From Anaeromyxobacter sp. (lineage in GTDB: Bacteria; Myxococcota; Myxococcia; Myxococcales; Anaeromyxobacteraceae), in assembly GCA_036394835.1 (NCBI GenBank), contig DASWEI010000098.1:486-64485 (forward strand): DNA of 64,000 bases, written 5' to 3'. Under the pieces are notes generated by a model. That model was not told where the DNA came from. It worked only from the letters and a program-made list of their open reading frames with translations, and ran no database searches. Each line of letters starts with the position of its first letter. Position 1 is the stretch's first letter. The translations under genes and the position numbers were made by a program. Below are positions 35,162 to 45,337 of this stretch, piece after piece.

Positions 35162-37174
35162 ATGAACTCCGTGCGAGCCAGACGCATCCTGTCGGCGGTG
35201 TTCCTCGTCGCGTCGGTGCCGTTCCTGCTCGTCGAGCTGTTCCCGGCTCGACTCGATGGCTTGATGAACATCGGCTCGTACCTGGTGTTTCACAACTCGG
35301 CCGAGTTCTTCAGCATCATGGTGTCCCTGTCCGTGTTCGGCGTGGGCTGGTACGCCTACGACCAGTCGAGGGACCGGCATGCCCTGTTCCTGGGCACGGC
35401 TTTTCTCGCGGTGGGGCTCATCGACTTCATGCATGCCCTCGCCAATGCCGCGATGCCTGCCTTCATCACCGCCAATTCCACCAACAAGTCGACCCAGTAC
35501 TGGATATCGGCGAGGCTCCTCGACTCATCGGCGTTGCTCGTCAGCGCCTTCGTCTACCCGGACCAGCCGCGAAGCTGGCTCACGAAACGCAAGCTGCTGT
35601 TCGCTGCCCTCGCCGTGCCCGCACTCGTCTTCACCGGGGTCACGTTCTTCCCGTCGCGCCTTCCTGCCACCTTCGTCCCGGGCCTCGGCCTCACCCCGGT
35701 CAAGGTGTTCTCCGAATACCTGGTCATCTTCTTCCTCCTCCTCGCGTTGAGAGCGTACTGGAAGCGGATGGAGAGGACCGGCGACGGGCTGCTCGTCTAC
35801 TACATGGCGGCCTTCATCGTCGGGATCTTCAGCGAGGCCGCGTTTGCCTCCTACAAGACCGGTTTCGACACGTACAACGTGCTCGGCCACGTCTACAAGG
35901 TCGCGGCCTTCTTCCTCATCTACAAGGGCGCATTCGCAGCGTCGGTGTCCAAGCCGTACCTGCAGCTCTTCGACTCGAACGACCGGCTCCGGACGGAGAT
36001 CGGCGAGCGGAAGCAGGTCGAGGAGAAGGTTCGAGCGCTCAACGCCGAGCTGGAGCAGCGGGTCTCGGAGCGCACCTCCCAGCTCGACGACGCGGGCCGC
36101 CGCAAGGACGAGTTCCTCGGGATGCTGTCGCACGAGCTGCGCAACCCGCTCGCCCCGATCCGCAACTCGGTCTACATCCTCGAGCAGGCGGATCCCGCGA
36201 CCGAGCAGGCGTCGCGCGCCCGCACCGTCATCAAGCGCCAGACCGAGCACCTGACGCGCCTCGTCGACGACCTCCTCGACGTGACGAGGATCGCGCGCGG
36301 GAAGATCGAGCTTCGCCGGTCTCGCGTCGATCTCCGCGAGGTCGTGCAGCGCGCGGCAGAGGACTTCCGGCCGATGATGGAAGAGCGTGGGATCGCGCTC
36401 CGCACGGTGCTCGCGGAGTCGAGGGTCTGGTCCGAAGCGGACGCGACGCGGATCACGCAGGTCCTCGGCAACCTGCTCCATAACGCCGCGAAGTTCACGA
36501 GCGCGGGCAACGAGGTGACGCTCTCGCTGCGCGCTGCCGGAGCTGACGCGCAGATCCGCGTGCGCGACACGGGCGCGGGCATCGACCCGGCGCTCCTGCC
36601 GAACGTCTTCGACGCGTTTGTCCAGGGGCGACGCACGCTCGCGCGGGCGGAAGGCGGGCTCGGGCTCGGGCTGGCGCTCGTGAAGGGGATCACCGAGCTG
36701 CATGGAGGAAGCGTCTCTGCCGAGAGCGGCGGCACCGGGAAGGGAGCGGAGTTCGTCGTGCGCCTCCCGCTCGTCGCCGCGGGGGTGATGGAGGACCGGC
36801 AGCCGGCGGTCGTCCAGCGCATGAACGGGGCACGCCGGGTCCTCGTCGTGGACGACAACGCCGACGCCGCCGATTCGCTCGCGGATGTCGTGAAGATACT
36901 CGGGCACTCAGTGGACGTGGCCTACGACGGCCCGAGCGCCGTCGAGCGGGCTCGCGCGAACCCGCCCGACATCGTGCTCTGCGACGTGGGGTTGCCGGGG
37001 ATGAGCGGGTACGAGGTCGCGCGGGCGCTCCGCGCATCCGCGAACACCCCCCGGCTCTTCGCCGTCAGCGGGTACGCGCAGCCCGACGACGTGAAGAAGG
37101 CGTTCGAGGCCGGGTTCGACGGCCACGTCGCGAAGCCCTGCGATCCGGCGGAGATCGAGCGGTTGCTGGCGTAG
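35162..37174 (+). CDS. MASE3-domain hybrid sensor histidine kinase/response regulator
   Basis: MASE3-type TMs (FHNSAEFFSI, DFMHAL, GHVYK), LSHELRNPL, N/G boxes (NLLHNAAKF, DTGAGI, GLGLGL), receiver VVDDN...D.GLPGMSG...KP. Confidence 0.92.
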   Translation: MNSVRARRILSAVFLVASVPFLLVELFPARLDGLMNIGSYLVFHNSAEFFSIMVSLSVFGVGWYAYDQSRDRHALFLGTAFLAVGLIDFMHALANAAMPAFITANSTNKSTQYWISARLLDSSALLVSAFVYPDQPRSWLTKRKLLFAALAVPALVFTGVTFFPSRLPATFVPGLGLTPVKVFSEYLVIFFLLLALRAYWKRMERTGDGLLVYYMAAFIVGIFSEAAFASYKTGFDTYNVLGHVYKVAAFFLIYKGAFAASVSKPYLQLFDSNDRLRTEIGERKQVEEKVRALNAELEQRVSERTSQLDDAGRRKDEFLGMLSHELRNPLAPIRNSVYILEQADPATEQASRARTVIKRQTEHLTRLVDDLLDVTRIARGKIELRRSRVDLREVVQRAAEDFRPMMEERGIALRTVLAESRVWSEADATRITQVLGNLLHNAAKFTSAGNEVTLSLRAAGADAQIRVRDTGAGIDPALLPNVFDAFVQGRRTLARAEGGLGLGLALVKGITELHGGSVSAESGGTGKGAEFVVRLPLVAAGVMEDRQPAVVQRMNGARRVLVVDDNADAADSLADVVKILGHSVDVAYDGPSAVERARANPPDIVLCDVGLPGMSGYEVARALRASANTPRLFAVSGYAQPDDVKKAFEAGFDGHVAKPCDPAEIERLLA

Positions 37175-37337
37175 CGGAGAGCCGGCCAGGGGCTCGAAGT
37201 CCTCGCCGAGGAGCCTCCTGCCATGTCGCGCCCTGCGGTACGGGCCGCGTGCGCGGCGGGTCCTCATATTTCGGGGCGACGCGCGTGCACGTGCTCGCAC
37301 ACGTCTGAAGGCTCTCTCTGGGGGGGAGGCGCGCCCG

Positions 37338-38291
37338 ATGGAAACGGTCGCCGTCATCGGCGCCGGGCTGGTCGGCCGCGCGTGGGCGATGGTCTTCGCG
37401 CGGGCCGGCCATCCGGTGATGCTGTACGACGCGAACGAGGCCGCCCTCACGCCGGCCCTCGACTCCATCGAGGTGGGTCTCGGCGACCTGCACGCCCACG
37501 GGCTCATCAGCGAGACGCCGAGCACCGTCCGCCAGCGCATCACCGCCATGACGAGCCTGGCCGAGGCGCTGCGGGCCGCGCGGTACGTGCAGGAGAACGT
37601 GTTCGAGAACGTGCAGGCGAAGAAGGACATCTTCGCCGCGATGGACGCGCTCGCGCCCGCCGATGCCGTCCTGGCCAGCTCGACCTCCGGGATCCCCGCA
37701 TCCGCCTTCACCGCCGACCTCGAGGGACGCCACCGCTGCCTGGTGGCGCACCCCATCAACCCGCCGTCCCTCATCCCGCTCGTCGAGGTCGTCCCCGCCG
37801 CCTGGACGGATCCCGACGTGGTCGCCCGGACCACCGCCTTGCTCGAGCGCACCGGCCAGGTGCCCATCTTCGTGCGCCGCGAGATCCCCGGCTTCATCGT
37901 GAACCGGCTCCAGGGCGCGCTGCTCATGGAGGCGTTCCGCCTCGTCGAGGACGGGTACGTGAGCGGCGCGGACCTCGACAAGGCGGTGAAGGACGGGCTC
38001 GGCCTGCGCTGGTCGTTCATGGGGCCGTTCGAGACCATCGACCTGAACGCCCCCGGCGGCCTCGCCGACTACTGCGCCCGCTACGGCCCGCTCTACTACG
38101 AGATCGCGAAGGAGACGACGCCGCGGCCCTGGAGCAAGGCGCTGATCGAGAAGGTCGCCGCGGAACGGCTGCAGGAGCTGCCGGCCAGCGAGCGCCCGCG
38201 CCGTCAGGGCTGGCGCGACCGGCGCCTCACCGCCCTCGTCGCCCACAAGCGCGCCGCCGCGAAGAAGGAAGAGGAAGCGAAGGGGACGTGA
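37338..38291 (+). CDS. 3-hydroxyacyl-CoA dehydrogenase family, lambda-crystallin / L-gulonate 3-dehydrogenase-like
   Basis: GAGLVGRAWAMVFARAG, VQENVFE, LASSTS, AHPINPP, GFIVNRLQGAL, GLGLRWSFMGPFETIDLNAPGG. Confidence 0.88.
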   Translation: METVAVIGAGLVGRAWAMVFARAGHPVMLYDANEAALTPALDSIEVGLGDLHAHGLISETPSTVRQRITAMTSLAEALRAARYVQENVFENVQAKKDIFAAMDALAPADAVLASSTSGIPASAFTADLEGRHRCLVAHPINPPSLIPLVEVVPAAWTDPDVVARTTALLERTGQVPIFVRREIPGFIVNRLQGALLMEAFRLVEDGYVSGADLDKAVKDGLGLRWSFMGPFETIDLNAPGGLADYCARYGPLYYEIAKETTPRPWSKALIEKVAAERLQELPASERPRRQGWRDRRLTALVAHKRAAAKKEEEAKGT

Positions 38292-38316
38292 ACCGAGCGA
38301 AGGAAGGGGTGGAGCC

Positions 38317-39483
38317 ATGAACGGATCCTGGGGGGCGGTCCTCGCCGCGCTCGTGCTGAGTCTTCCGGTCCGAACCGCGGGCGCCGACGCGATCAAGGTG
38401 GGGCTCGTCACCGAGATCACCGGACCCAACGCGGAGTCCGGTGCGTACAGCGTCAACGGCGCGAAGCTCGCGCTCGAGGAGATCAACGCCGCCGGCGGGG
38501 TGATGGGGCGCCAGATCGACCTCAAGATCACCGACAGTCAGAGCACCAACCCCGGAGCGGTCCTCGCGCTCTCGAAGATGGCGAGCGAGGGAGGCTACAC
38601 CGCCTTCATCGGGCCGGTCCGCAGCACGCAGATCCAGGCGATGGCGCCCACGATCATGAAGGCGGGCCTCCCGATGATGATCGGGGGGACCGACCCAGGG
38701 CTGACGCACGCCAAAAACAGGTGGGTGTTCCGCGCGCGCCCGAGCGACGCTTACTCCGCCAAGGTGATCGCCGAGTACGGCACGAAGACGCTCGGCCGCA
38801 AGAAGTGGGCGATCGTGCACGCCACCGACGCCTTCGGCACGGGGGGCAAGAACGCGCTCCTCGACGCGCTCAAGGAGCGCGGCGTGACACCGGTGCTGGT
38901 CCAGGGCTTCACGAGCAACACCCAGGACTTCACCCCGATCATCCTCGCCGTGAAGCAGTCCGGCGCCGACGTCGTCGGGACGTACATCCCGAACTCGCCG
39001 GACGTCGGCATCTTCTCGAAGCAGCTTCGCCAGCTGGGCGTGAACGCGGAGTGGATCGGCTCGCCCTCGCTGGTGACCGAGACCGCGATGAAGCTCGGCC
39101 AGGAAGCGCTCCACGGAATCTACTCCGTCTCCGACTTCACGCCGGATGCGAACCCGGAGGCCAAAGCCTACGCCGAGAAGTACAGGAAGAAGTACGGCGT
39201 CGCGCCCGACTTCTACTCGTCCTGGACGTACGACGCGATGAAGCTCGTCGCGGAGGCGATCAAGAAGGCGAATAGCACCAAGCCGGAAGATCTCCGGAAC
39301 GCCATCCTCGCCACCCAGGGTTACAAGGGGGTCGAGGGCACCTACAACTTCGACAAGAACGGGGACGGCCTGCACGGCTACAACGTCGTGAAGAACGACA
39401 AGGGCAAGGTCGCCTTCATCACGCGGATCGACTTCCCGCCGTCGCAAGAGTCGCACGGCGGCACCGCGTCCGGCTCGCAGTGA
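38317..39483 (+). CDS. ABC transporter substrate-binding protein (LivJ/K-type, HAAT family)
   Basis: IKVGL, EINAAGGVMGR, FRARPSD, YDAMKL, GVEG.YNFDKNGD. Confidence 0.9.
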   Translation: MNGSWGAVLAALVLSLPVRTAGADAIKVGLVTEITGPNAESGAYSVNGAKLALEEINAAGGVMGRQIDLKITDSQSTNPGAVLALSKMASEGGYTAFIGPVRSTQIQAMAPTIMKAGLPMMIGGTDPGLTHAKNRWVFRARPSDAYSAKVIAEYGTKTLGRKKWAIVHATDAFGTGGKNALLDALKERGVTPVLVQGFTSNTQDFTPIILAVKQSGADVVGTYIPNSPDVGIFSKQLRQLGVNAEWIGSPSLVTETAMKLGQEALHGIYSVSDFTPDANPEAKAYAEKYRKKYGVAPDFYSSWTYDAMKLVAEAIKKANSTKPEDLRNAILATQGYKGVEGTYNFDKNGDGLHGYNVVKNDKGKVAFITRIDFPPSQESHGGTASGSQ

Positions 39484-39486
39484 CCA

Positions 39487-40365
39487 GTGCTCGCGATCAA
39501 CCTCCAGATCCTGTTCTCCGGACTCGCCGTCGGGGCGATCTACGCCCTCGTGTCGCTCGGGTTCGTCCTCATCATCCGCGCGACCAACGTCGTCAACTTC
39601 GCGCAGGGCGACTTCCCCATGGTCGCCGCCTTCGCGATGCTGACCCTGCTGTCCTCGCTGAAGCTCCCGTATCTCCTGTCGTTCGTCCTCTCGCTTGCGG
39701 TGATGGCCGTCGTCGGCGTCGCCTTCAACTACGGCGTCTACTACCCGCTCCGGAACCGCACCTACCTGCCGGTGCTCATCAGCACCCTTGGGGCCGGCAT
39801 CTTCATGCAGAACGCGGTGCTCGCCATCTTCGGACCCCAGCCGCATCCGCTGCCGAAGGTCTTCCGGGCGCAGGGGTTCCAGGTCGGAGGGGTGTTCCTC
39901 GACAGCCAGTACCTCCTCATCCTCGCGGTCACGCTCGTCGCGGTCGGGTTCCAGTACTTCCTGTTCGAGTACACGCTGCTCGGCAAGAAGCTGCAGGCGA
40001 CCTCCCAGGACAAGGACATGGCGCGCCTCGTCGGCATCCCGGTCGCGGGGATGATCACCTTCACCTTCGTCTACAGCGCGGCGCTCGGGGGGCTCGCGGG
40101 GATCCTGGTCGCGCCCATCCTCTTCGTCTCCATCGGGATGGGGTCGACCATCGCCCTGAAGGCGTTCTCGGCCACGATCATCGGAGGCTTCGGCGACGTC
40201 ACCGGCGCCATCGTCGGCGGCCTCCTCCTCGGCGTGGTGGAGGCCTTCGCCGCCGCGTACGTCTCGGTCCCGTACAAGGACGCCTTCGCGTTCCTGCTCG
40301 TGTTCGTGTTCCTGCTGCTGCGGCCGCAAGGCATCTTCGGGGAGAAGGTGTCGGAGAAGGCATGA
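39487..40365 (+). CDS. ABC transporter permease (LivH-type)
   Basis: GAIYALVSLGF, NFAQGD, LKAF.ATIIGG.G, RPQGIFG. Confidence 0.92.
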   Translation: MLAINLQILFSGLAVGAIYALVSLGFVLIIRATNVVNFAQGDFPMVAAFAMLTLLSSLKLPYLLSFVLSLAVMAVVGVAFNYGVYYPLRNRTYLPVLISTLGAGIFMQNAVLAIFGPQPHPLPKVFRAQGFQVGGVFLDSQYLLILAVTLVAVGFQYFLFEYTLLGKKLQATSQDKDMARLVGIPVAGMITFTFVYSAALGGLAGILVAPILFVSIGMGSTIALKAFSATIIGGFGDVTGAIVGGLLLGVVEAFAAAYVSVPYKDAFAFLLVFVFLLLRPQGIFGEKVSEKA

Positions 40366-42161
40366 GCGAAGCGGCCACATCGACGATGGCCCCACCGATC
40401 ACGGTCCGCCGCCCGCGGCTGCGGCCGCGCCTCATCCCGCCGCTCGTCGTGCTGGCGCTGCTCCCGTTCCTCCCCTTCGCCATCACGGTCAGTGACTACA
40501 CGCTCAACATCTTGATGCAGGCGACCACCTACGCGATGCCGGTGCTCGGGCTCGCCATCGTCCTCGGGTACACCGGCCAGATCAACCTCGCGCAGGCCGC
40601 GTTCTTCGGCCTCGGCGCCTATGCCGTGGCGCTCGTCACGGTGACGCTCGGCCAGAGCTTCTGGATCGGGCTGCCGATCGGAGTCGCCCTCGCGGCGGGG
40701 CTCGGGTTCGTGCTGGGACTGACCACGCTGCGACTCGGCGGGCATTACCTCGCGATGATCACGATCAGCTTCCAGCAGATCTTCGATCTGGTCCTCAACA
40801 ACTGGATCGCGGTCACCCGAGGGCCCGACGGGATCGCCGGGATCGCGCGCCCGTCGCTGTTCGGCTGGGTGCTCGCGGACGCGAGGACGTACCTGGTCCT
40901 GTGCGCGGCCGTGCTCTACGCGATGGTCGCGTTCGTGTGGTGGCTGCCGAGCACGCGGCTCGGCCGCGCGATGCGCGCGGTCCGCGAGAACGAGCTCGCG
41001 GCCGAGGTCACCGGCGTGCACACGCTCCGCGTCAAGGTGGTGGCGTTCACCATCAGCTCGGCGCTCGCGGGGATGGGGGGCGTGCTGTTCGCCGCGGGGT
41101 TCGCCTACGTCAGCCCGGACAACTTCAGCTTCGGCCGCTCGGTCGAGTTCCTGACCATGGTGCTGCTGGGCGGCGTGCAGTCGCCGATCGGCGCGGCGCT
41201 CGGCACGGTGCTGCTGATCCTCCTCCCCGAGTGGCTCCGCTTCCTGAAAGGGATCTACCTCGCCGTGTACGGCCTCGCGGTGATCCTCATCATGGTGTTC
41301 ATGCCGGAGGGCATCTGGGGGCTCATCCAGACGGTGTGGAAGCGCCTCGCCCGGCCCGCGCCGGTGGAGGTCGGGCGGGTCCGCCCCCTCGAGCTCGACA
41401 TCCCCGTCGCGGACACGTCTCCCATCCTGCACCTGCGCGAGGTCCGGAAGCACTTCGGCGGCGTGAAGGCGGTGGCCGGCGTGGACATCCAGGTCTCCCG
41501 CGGCACCGTCCACGCGCTCATCGGTCCCAACGGGTCGGGCAAGACGACCATCCTCAACGTCCTGAACGGCATCTACAGGCCGACCGCGGGGGGGATCGTC
41601 CTCGACGGAGAGGACGTGACCGGCCGGTCGCCGCACGAGCGCGCCGGCCGCGGCCTCGGCCGCACGTTCCAGAACATCCGACTGTTCTCCGCCCTCTCGG
41701 CGCTCGAGAACGTGATGGTCGGGGCGCAGCGCGACGGCAATCCCCTCCCGCCCGGGAACGCGGCGCTGCGCGAGCGCGCCCTGTCGGCGCTCGGGTTCGT
41801 GGGGCTCGCGGACCGCGCGCACCTCGTCGTGAAGAACCTCCCCTATGGCCACCAGCGGCTGGTCGAGATCGCCCGGGCGCTGGCGGGCCACCCGAAGCTC
41901 CTGCTCCTCGACGAGCCCGCCGCCGGGCTCAACCCCGTCGAGAAGCAGAGCCTCGTCGAGCTCCTGAAGCGGCTGCGGAGCGCGCACGGGCTCACGATCT
42001 TCCTCATCGAGCACGACATGGGGCTCATCGAGCAGGTGTCCGACCGGATCTCCGTCATCAACTTCGGCAAGAAGATCGCGGAGGGGGCGCCGGCCGAGGT
42101 GTTGCGCCATCCCGACGTCATCGCCGCGTACCTCGGAACTCCCGGCCATGCCGCTGCTTGA
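40362..42161 (+). CDS. Fused ABC permease/ATPase (LivM-LivG type)
   Basis: GYTGQINLAQAAF, GRAMRAVRENE, then Walker A GPNGSGKT, LPYGHQR, LLLLDEPAAG; ATG overlaps upstream stop. Confidence 0.92.
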   Translation: MSEAATSTMAPPITVRRPRLRPRLIPPLVVLALLPFLPFAITVSDYTLNILMQATTYAMPVLGLAIVLGYTGQINLAQAAFFGLGAYAVALVTVTLGQSFWIGLPIGVALAAGLGFVLGLTTLRLGGHYLAMITISFQQIFDLVLNNWIAVTRGPDGIAGIARPSLFGWVLADARTYLVLCAAVLYAMVAFVWWLPSTRLGRAMRAVRENELAAEVTGVHTLRVKVVAFTISSALAGMGGVLFAAGFAYVSPDNFSFGRSVEFLTMVLLGGVQSPIGAALGTVLLILLPEWLRFLKGIYLAVYGLAVILIMVFMPEGIWGLIQTVWKRLARPAPVEVGRVRPLELDIPVADTSPILHLREVRKHFGGVKAVAGVDIQVSRGTVHALIGPNGSGKTTILNVLNGIYRPTAGGIVLDGEDVTGRSPHERAGRGLGRTFQNIRLFSALSALENVMVGAQRDGNPLPPGNAALRERALSALGFVGLADRAHLVVKNLPYGHQRLVEIARALAGHPKLLLLDEPAAGLNPVEKQSLVELLKRLRSAHGLTIFLIEHDMGLIEQVSDRISVINFGKKIAEGAPAEVLRHPDVIAAYLGTPGHAAA

Positions 42162-42894
42162 GCTTCACCAGGTGCAGAGCCACTACGGCGCGGTTCAGGC
42201 GCTGAAGGGCGTCTCGCTGCGCGTCGAGGAAGGGGAGATCGCGACCCTGCTCGGCGCGAATGGCGCGGGGAAGACGACGACCCTGCGCACGATCTCCGGG
42301 CTCATGCATCCGAGCGCGGGCGGGATCACGTTCGCCGGACGGGAGATCCATCGCCTGCGCGCGGAGCAGGTGGTGCGGCTCGGCATCGCCCACGTCCCCG
42401 AGGGCCGGCACGTCTTCCCTGGGCTGACCGTGACCGAGAACATCATGCTCGGCGCCTCGAGCCGCGGCCGCCTCCGGCGGGCGACGCTCTTCGCGGAGAT
42501 CGAGGAGATGTTCGAGATCTTCCCCGACCTGAAGCGGCTCTCGAGCGCGCTCGGCTGGAGCCTCTCCGGCGGCCAGCAGCAGATGCTCGCCGTGGCGCGC
42601 GGTCTCATGGCGAAGCCCAGGCTCCTGCTGCTCGACGAGCCGTCGCTCGGGCTCGCGCCGATCATCGTCCAGCAGCTGTTCGAGGTCATCAAGCGCATCC
42701 GCGCGCTCGGCATGACCATCCTGCTCGTCGAGCAGAACGCGCACATGGCGCTCTCCGTTGCCGATCGCGGCTACGTGCTCGAGACCGGCAAGCTGATGCT
42801 GGAAGGGACCCCCGCCGAGCTGCTCGACAACGAGGAGGTGCGGGCGGCCTACCTCGGCGGCGGGCGATCCCCTTCGCCGAACGTTACGGCGTAG
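42148..42894 (+). CDS. ABC transporter ATP-binding protein (LivF-type)
   Basis: GANGAGKT, VPEGR, LSGGQQQM, LLLDEPSLGLAP, LVEQNA. Confidence 0.93.
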   Translation: MPLLELHQVQSHYGAVQALKGVSLRVEEGEIATLLGANGAGKTTTLRTISGLMHPSAGGITFAGREIHRLRAEQVVRLGIAHVPEGRHVFPGLTVTENIMLGASSRGRLRRATLFAEIEEMFEIFPDLKRLSSALGWSLSGGQQQMLAVARGLMAKPRLLLLDEPSLGLAPIIVQQLFEVIKRIRALGMTILLVEQNAHMALSVADRGYVLETGKLMLEGTPAELLDNEEVRAAYLGGGRSPSPNVTA

Positions 42895-42924
42895 CATGGT
42901 CCCGCTCGCCGCCGAGCAGCGCGC

Positions 42925-43569
42925 ATGGACACCCCCCTCACGTTCCTGCTCATTCGCCACGGCGAGACCGCCTGGAACCGCGAGGGGCGGATCCAGGGGC
43001 AGCGCGACAGCGCCCTCACCGCGAGAGGGATCGCGCAGGCGCGCGCGGCGGCCGCGCGCGTCGCGGCGGAGCGCCCGGACGTCCTCTACAGCAGCGATCT
43101 CGGCCGGGCGGGCGAGACGGCCCGGCACGTCTCCGAGGCGACCGACCTCGCGGTGCGGCTCGAGCCGGGGCTGCGGGAGCGCCGGTACGGCATCTTCGAA
43201 GGCAAGACCTGGCCCGAGATCGAGCGGGATCACCCGGATGACTTCGCGCGCCACGCCGCGAGGGATCCCGACCACCTCGTGCCGGGAGGCGAGAGCCCGA
43301 ACCAGTTTCGCGTGCGAGTGCTCGGGACCCTGGACCGCATCGCCAGGGAAGCCGCCGCGAAGCGGATCGCCGTAGTCGCGCACGGCGGCGTGCTCGACGT
43401 CCTCTACCGCGAGGCCATGCGCATCCCGCTCGGCGCGCCCAGGGCGCACGCGCTCCTCAACGCCACGCTGAACCGACTGCGCTGGACGGACGGAGCATGG
43501 GAGCTCGAGCGCTGGGGCGAGGCGAGCCACCTCGCGAGCGGCGCCGCGCTCGACGACTCGGAGGTGTAG
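42925..43569 (+). CDS. Histidine phosphatase family protein (GpmB-like)
   Basis: LIRHGETAWN, SSDL.RA, LRER.YG, GGES, VAHGG. Confidence 0.9.
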   Translation: MDTPLTFLLIRHGETAWNREGRIQGQRDSALTARGIAQARAAAARVAAERPDVLYSSDLGRAGETARHVSEATDLAVRLEPGLRERRYGIFEGKTWPEIERDHPDDFARHAARDPDHLVPGGESPNQFRVRVLGTLDRIAREAAAKRIAVVAHGGVLDVLYREAMRIPLGAPRAHALLNATLNRLRWTDGAWELERWGEASHLASGAALDDSEV

Positions 43570-43570
43570 C

Positions 43571-44242
43571 TCAGCGCCGCCCCGGATCCCACCACTTGGA
43601 GAGGTTCTGCGCCGACGCGCGCGGGTGGTCCGTGTAGTGGGACACGTCGTTGAACAGCATCAGCCGCGCGCGCACCGGGTCCTTGAGATCGACGACGTTG
43701 AGGCACGCGGGCGACTGGTCGAGCCGATCGCGGTAGCCGCGCGGATCGATGCCGAGCAGCGCGCACAGCAGGAGTCGCAGGGTCGCCTTGTGAGAGACGA
43801 TCACCGCCGTCTCTCCGTCGTGCGCCGTGGCGATGCGCCGGACGGCCGGGAGCGCGCGCGCGAGGACGGCGAGCCCGCTCTCGCCGCCGACCGGCGCGAA
43901 CGTGAACGGGTCGGCCTCCCACGCCGCGTACTCTTCGGCGAAGCGCTCCTCCACCTCCTGACGCGTGAGACCTTCCCAGCGTCCATGCGAGATCTCCCGC
44001 AACCCGTCGTCCGGCACCGGGGCGAGGCCGTGAGACCGCGCGAGGATCTGGGCCGTCTCGAGCGTCCGGGAGAGCGGGCTCGTGTAGACCGCCGCGATGT
44101 GGTCGTGAGCGAGCCGGGCGGCGAGCCGGGCGACCTGGGCGCGCCCCTCGTCCGAGAGCTCGACGCCCACGGCGCCGGAGAAGCGGTTCTCGGCGGTGAG
44201 CTGCGTCGCGCCGTGTCGAACGAGGTAGATCCGGGTCGGCAT
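43571..44242 (-). CDS. Histidine phosphatase family protein
   Basis: LVRHGAT, TSPLSRT, LREISHG.WEG, GGES, VSHK. Confidence 0.9.
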   Translation of the reverse strand: MPTRIYLVRHGATQLTAENRFSGAVGVELSDEGRAQVARLAARLAHDHIAAVYTSPLSRTLETAQILARSHGLAPVPDDGLREISHGRWEGLTRQEVEERFAEEYAAWEADPFTFAPVGGESGLAVLARALPAVRRIATAHDGETAVIVSHKATLRLLLCALLGIDPRGYRDRLDQSPACLNVVDLKDPVRARLMLFNDVSHYTDHPRASAQNLSKWWDPGRR

Positions 44243-44251
44243 GCGGAGGTT

Positions 44252-45220
44252 CTAACCCGTGTCCGCGACGTGGGCGCGCACGACCTCCTCGAAGCTCGCG
44301 TCCGCCTCGAACCCGAGCGCCTGCGCGCGCGGGGTGTCGAACCGCCCCGGCCACGAGCTGACGATGCGCATGACGGCGGGGTCGGGCTCCCACCTGATCC
44401 GGCGCGACACCGCCGGCCCGGCGACGCGCTCGAGCGCGGCGACCATGTCCCGGACGGTAGCGGAGAGCCCAGGCATGTTGACGATGCGCGAGGGGCCGAG
44501 CTGCTCCGCGTCGAGCTCGTGGCCGAGCACGAGGTTGTCGATCGCCTTTCCCGGGGACATGAGCCACATGACCGTCTCCGCGGGCACGGGGCAGACCGCC
44601 TCCTCGCCGGCGAGCGGCTCGCGGATGATCCCGCTCGCGAAGCTCGAGGCGGCCTTGTTCGGCTTACCCGGGCGCACCGAGATGGTCGGCATGCGCAGCG
44701 CGCGCCCGTCGATGAAGCCCCTCCGGCTGTAGTCCTGCACGAGCAGCTCGCACATGAGCTTCTGCGCGCCATAGGAGCTCTGCGGCACGGGCGCCGTGTC
44801 GTCCCGAACCACCGGCGGCAGCGGGGGCCCGAAGACCGCGACCGAGCTCGTGAAGACGACGCGGGGCCTGTTCCCGCTGCGCCGCGCGCGCTCGAGGAGC
44901 AGCCGGGTCGCGTCGAAGTTGATCTGCATGCCGGCCTCGAAGTCGGCCTCGGCCTGACCGCTCACGATCGCGGCGAGGTGGAAGATCGCGTCCGTGTCGG
45001 CGTCGATCGCGGCGGCGATGACGCCCGGATCGGCGATCGATCCGTCCACCACGCGTACGCGCGGGTCGTCGAGCCCGCGCGGCGGCGCCACGTCGACGAG
45101 GGTGAGCCGCGCGATCTGCTCCTGCCCTCCGCGCGGGCCGCGGAGCGTCCCCTTCGAGAGGAGCCGCCTGGCCAGCCGGACGCCGAGAAAGCCGGCACCA
45201 CCGGTGATCGAGACGTTCAT
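44252..45220 (-). CDS. denD: D-erythronate dehydrogenase
   Basis: ITGGAGFLG, HLAAIVSGQAEADF, SSYGAQK, RPGKPNKAASSFASGIIREPL; divergent from otnK. Confidence 0.9.
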   Translation of the reverse strand: MNVSITGGAGFLGVRLARRLLSKGTLRGPRGGQEQIARLTLVDVAPPRGLDDPRVRVVDGSIADPGVIAAAIDADTDAIFHLAAIVSGQAEADFEAGMQINFDATRLLLERARRSGNRPRVVFTSSVAVFGPPLPPVVRDDTAPVPQSSYGAQKLMCELLVQDYSRRGFIDGRALRMPTISVRPGKPNKAASSFASGIIREPLAGEEAVCPVPAETVMWLMSPGKAIDNLVLGHELDAEQLGPSRIVNMPGLSATVRDMVAALERVAGPAVSRRIRWEPDPAVMRIVSSWPGRFDTPRAQALGFEADASFEEVVRAHVADTG

Positions 45221-45337
45221 GTCGCCCCCCGGAGCTCAACGTACAGCGCGCGGCGACTACACGCCCCTCCCCGCCGTCGCCATCTTTGCGCGGGCACCTC
45301 CGGATCCCCGGCCTCGACTCACGGGAAGGAGTAGGCG

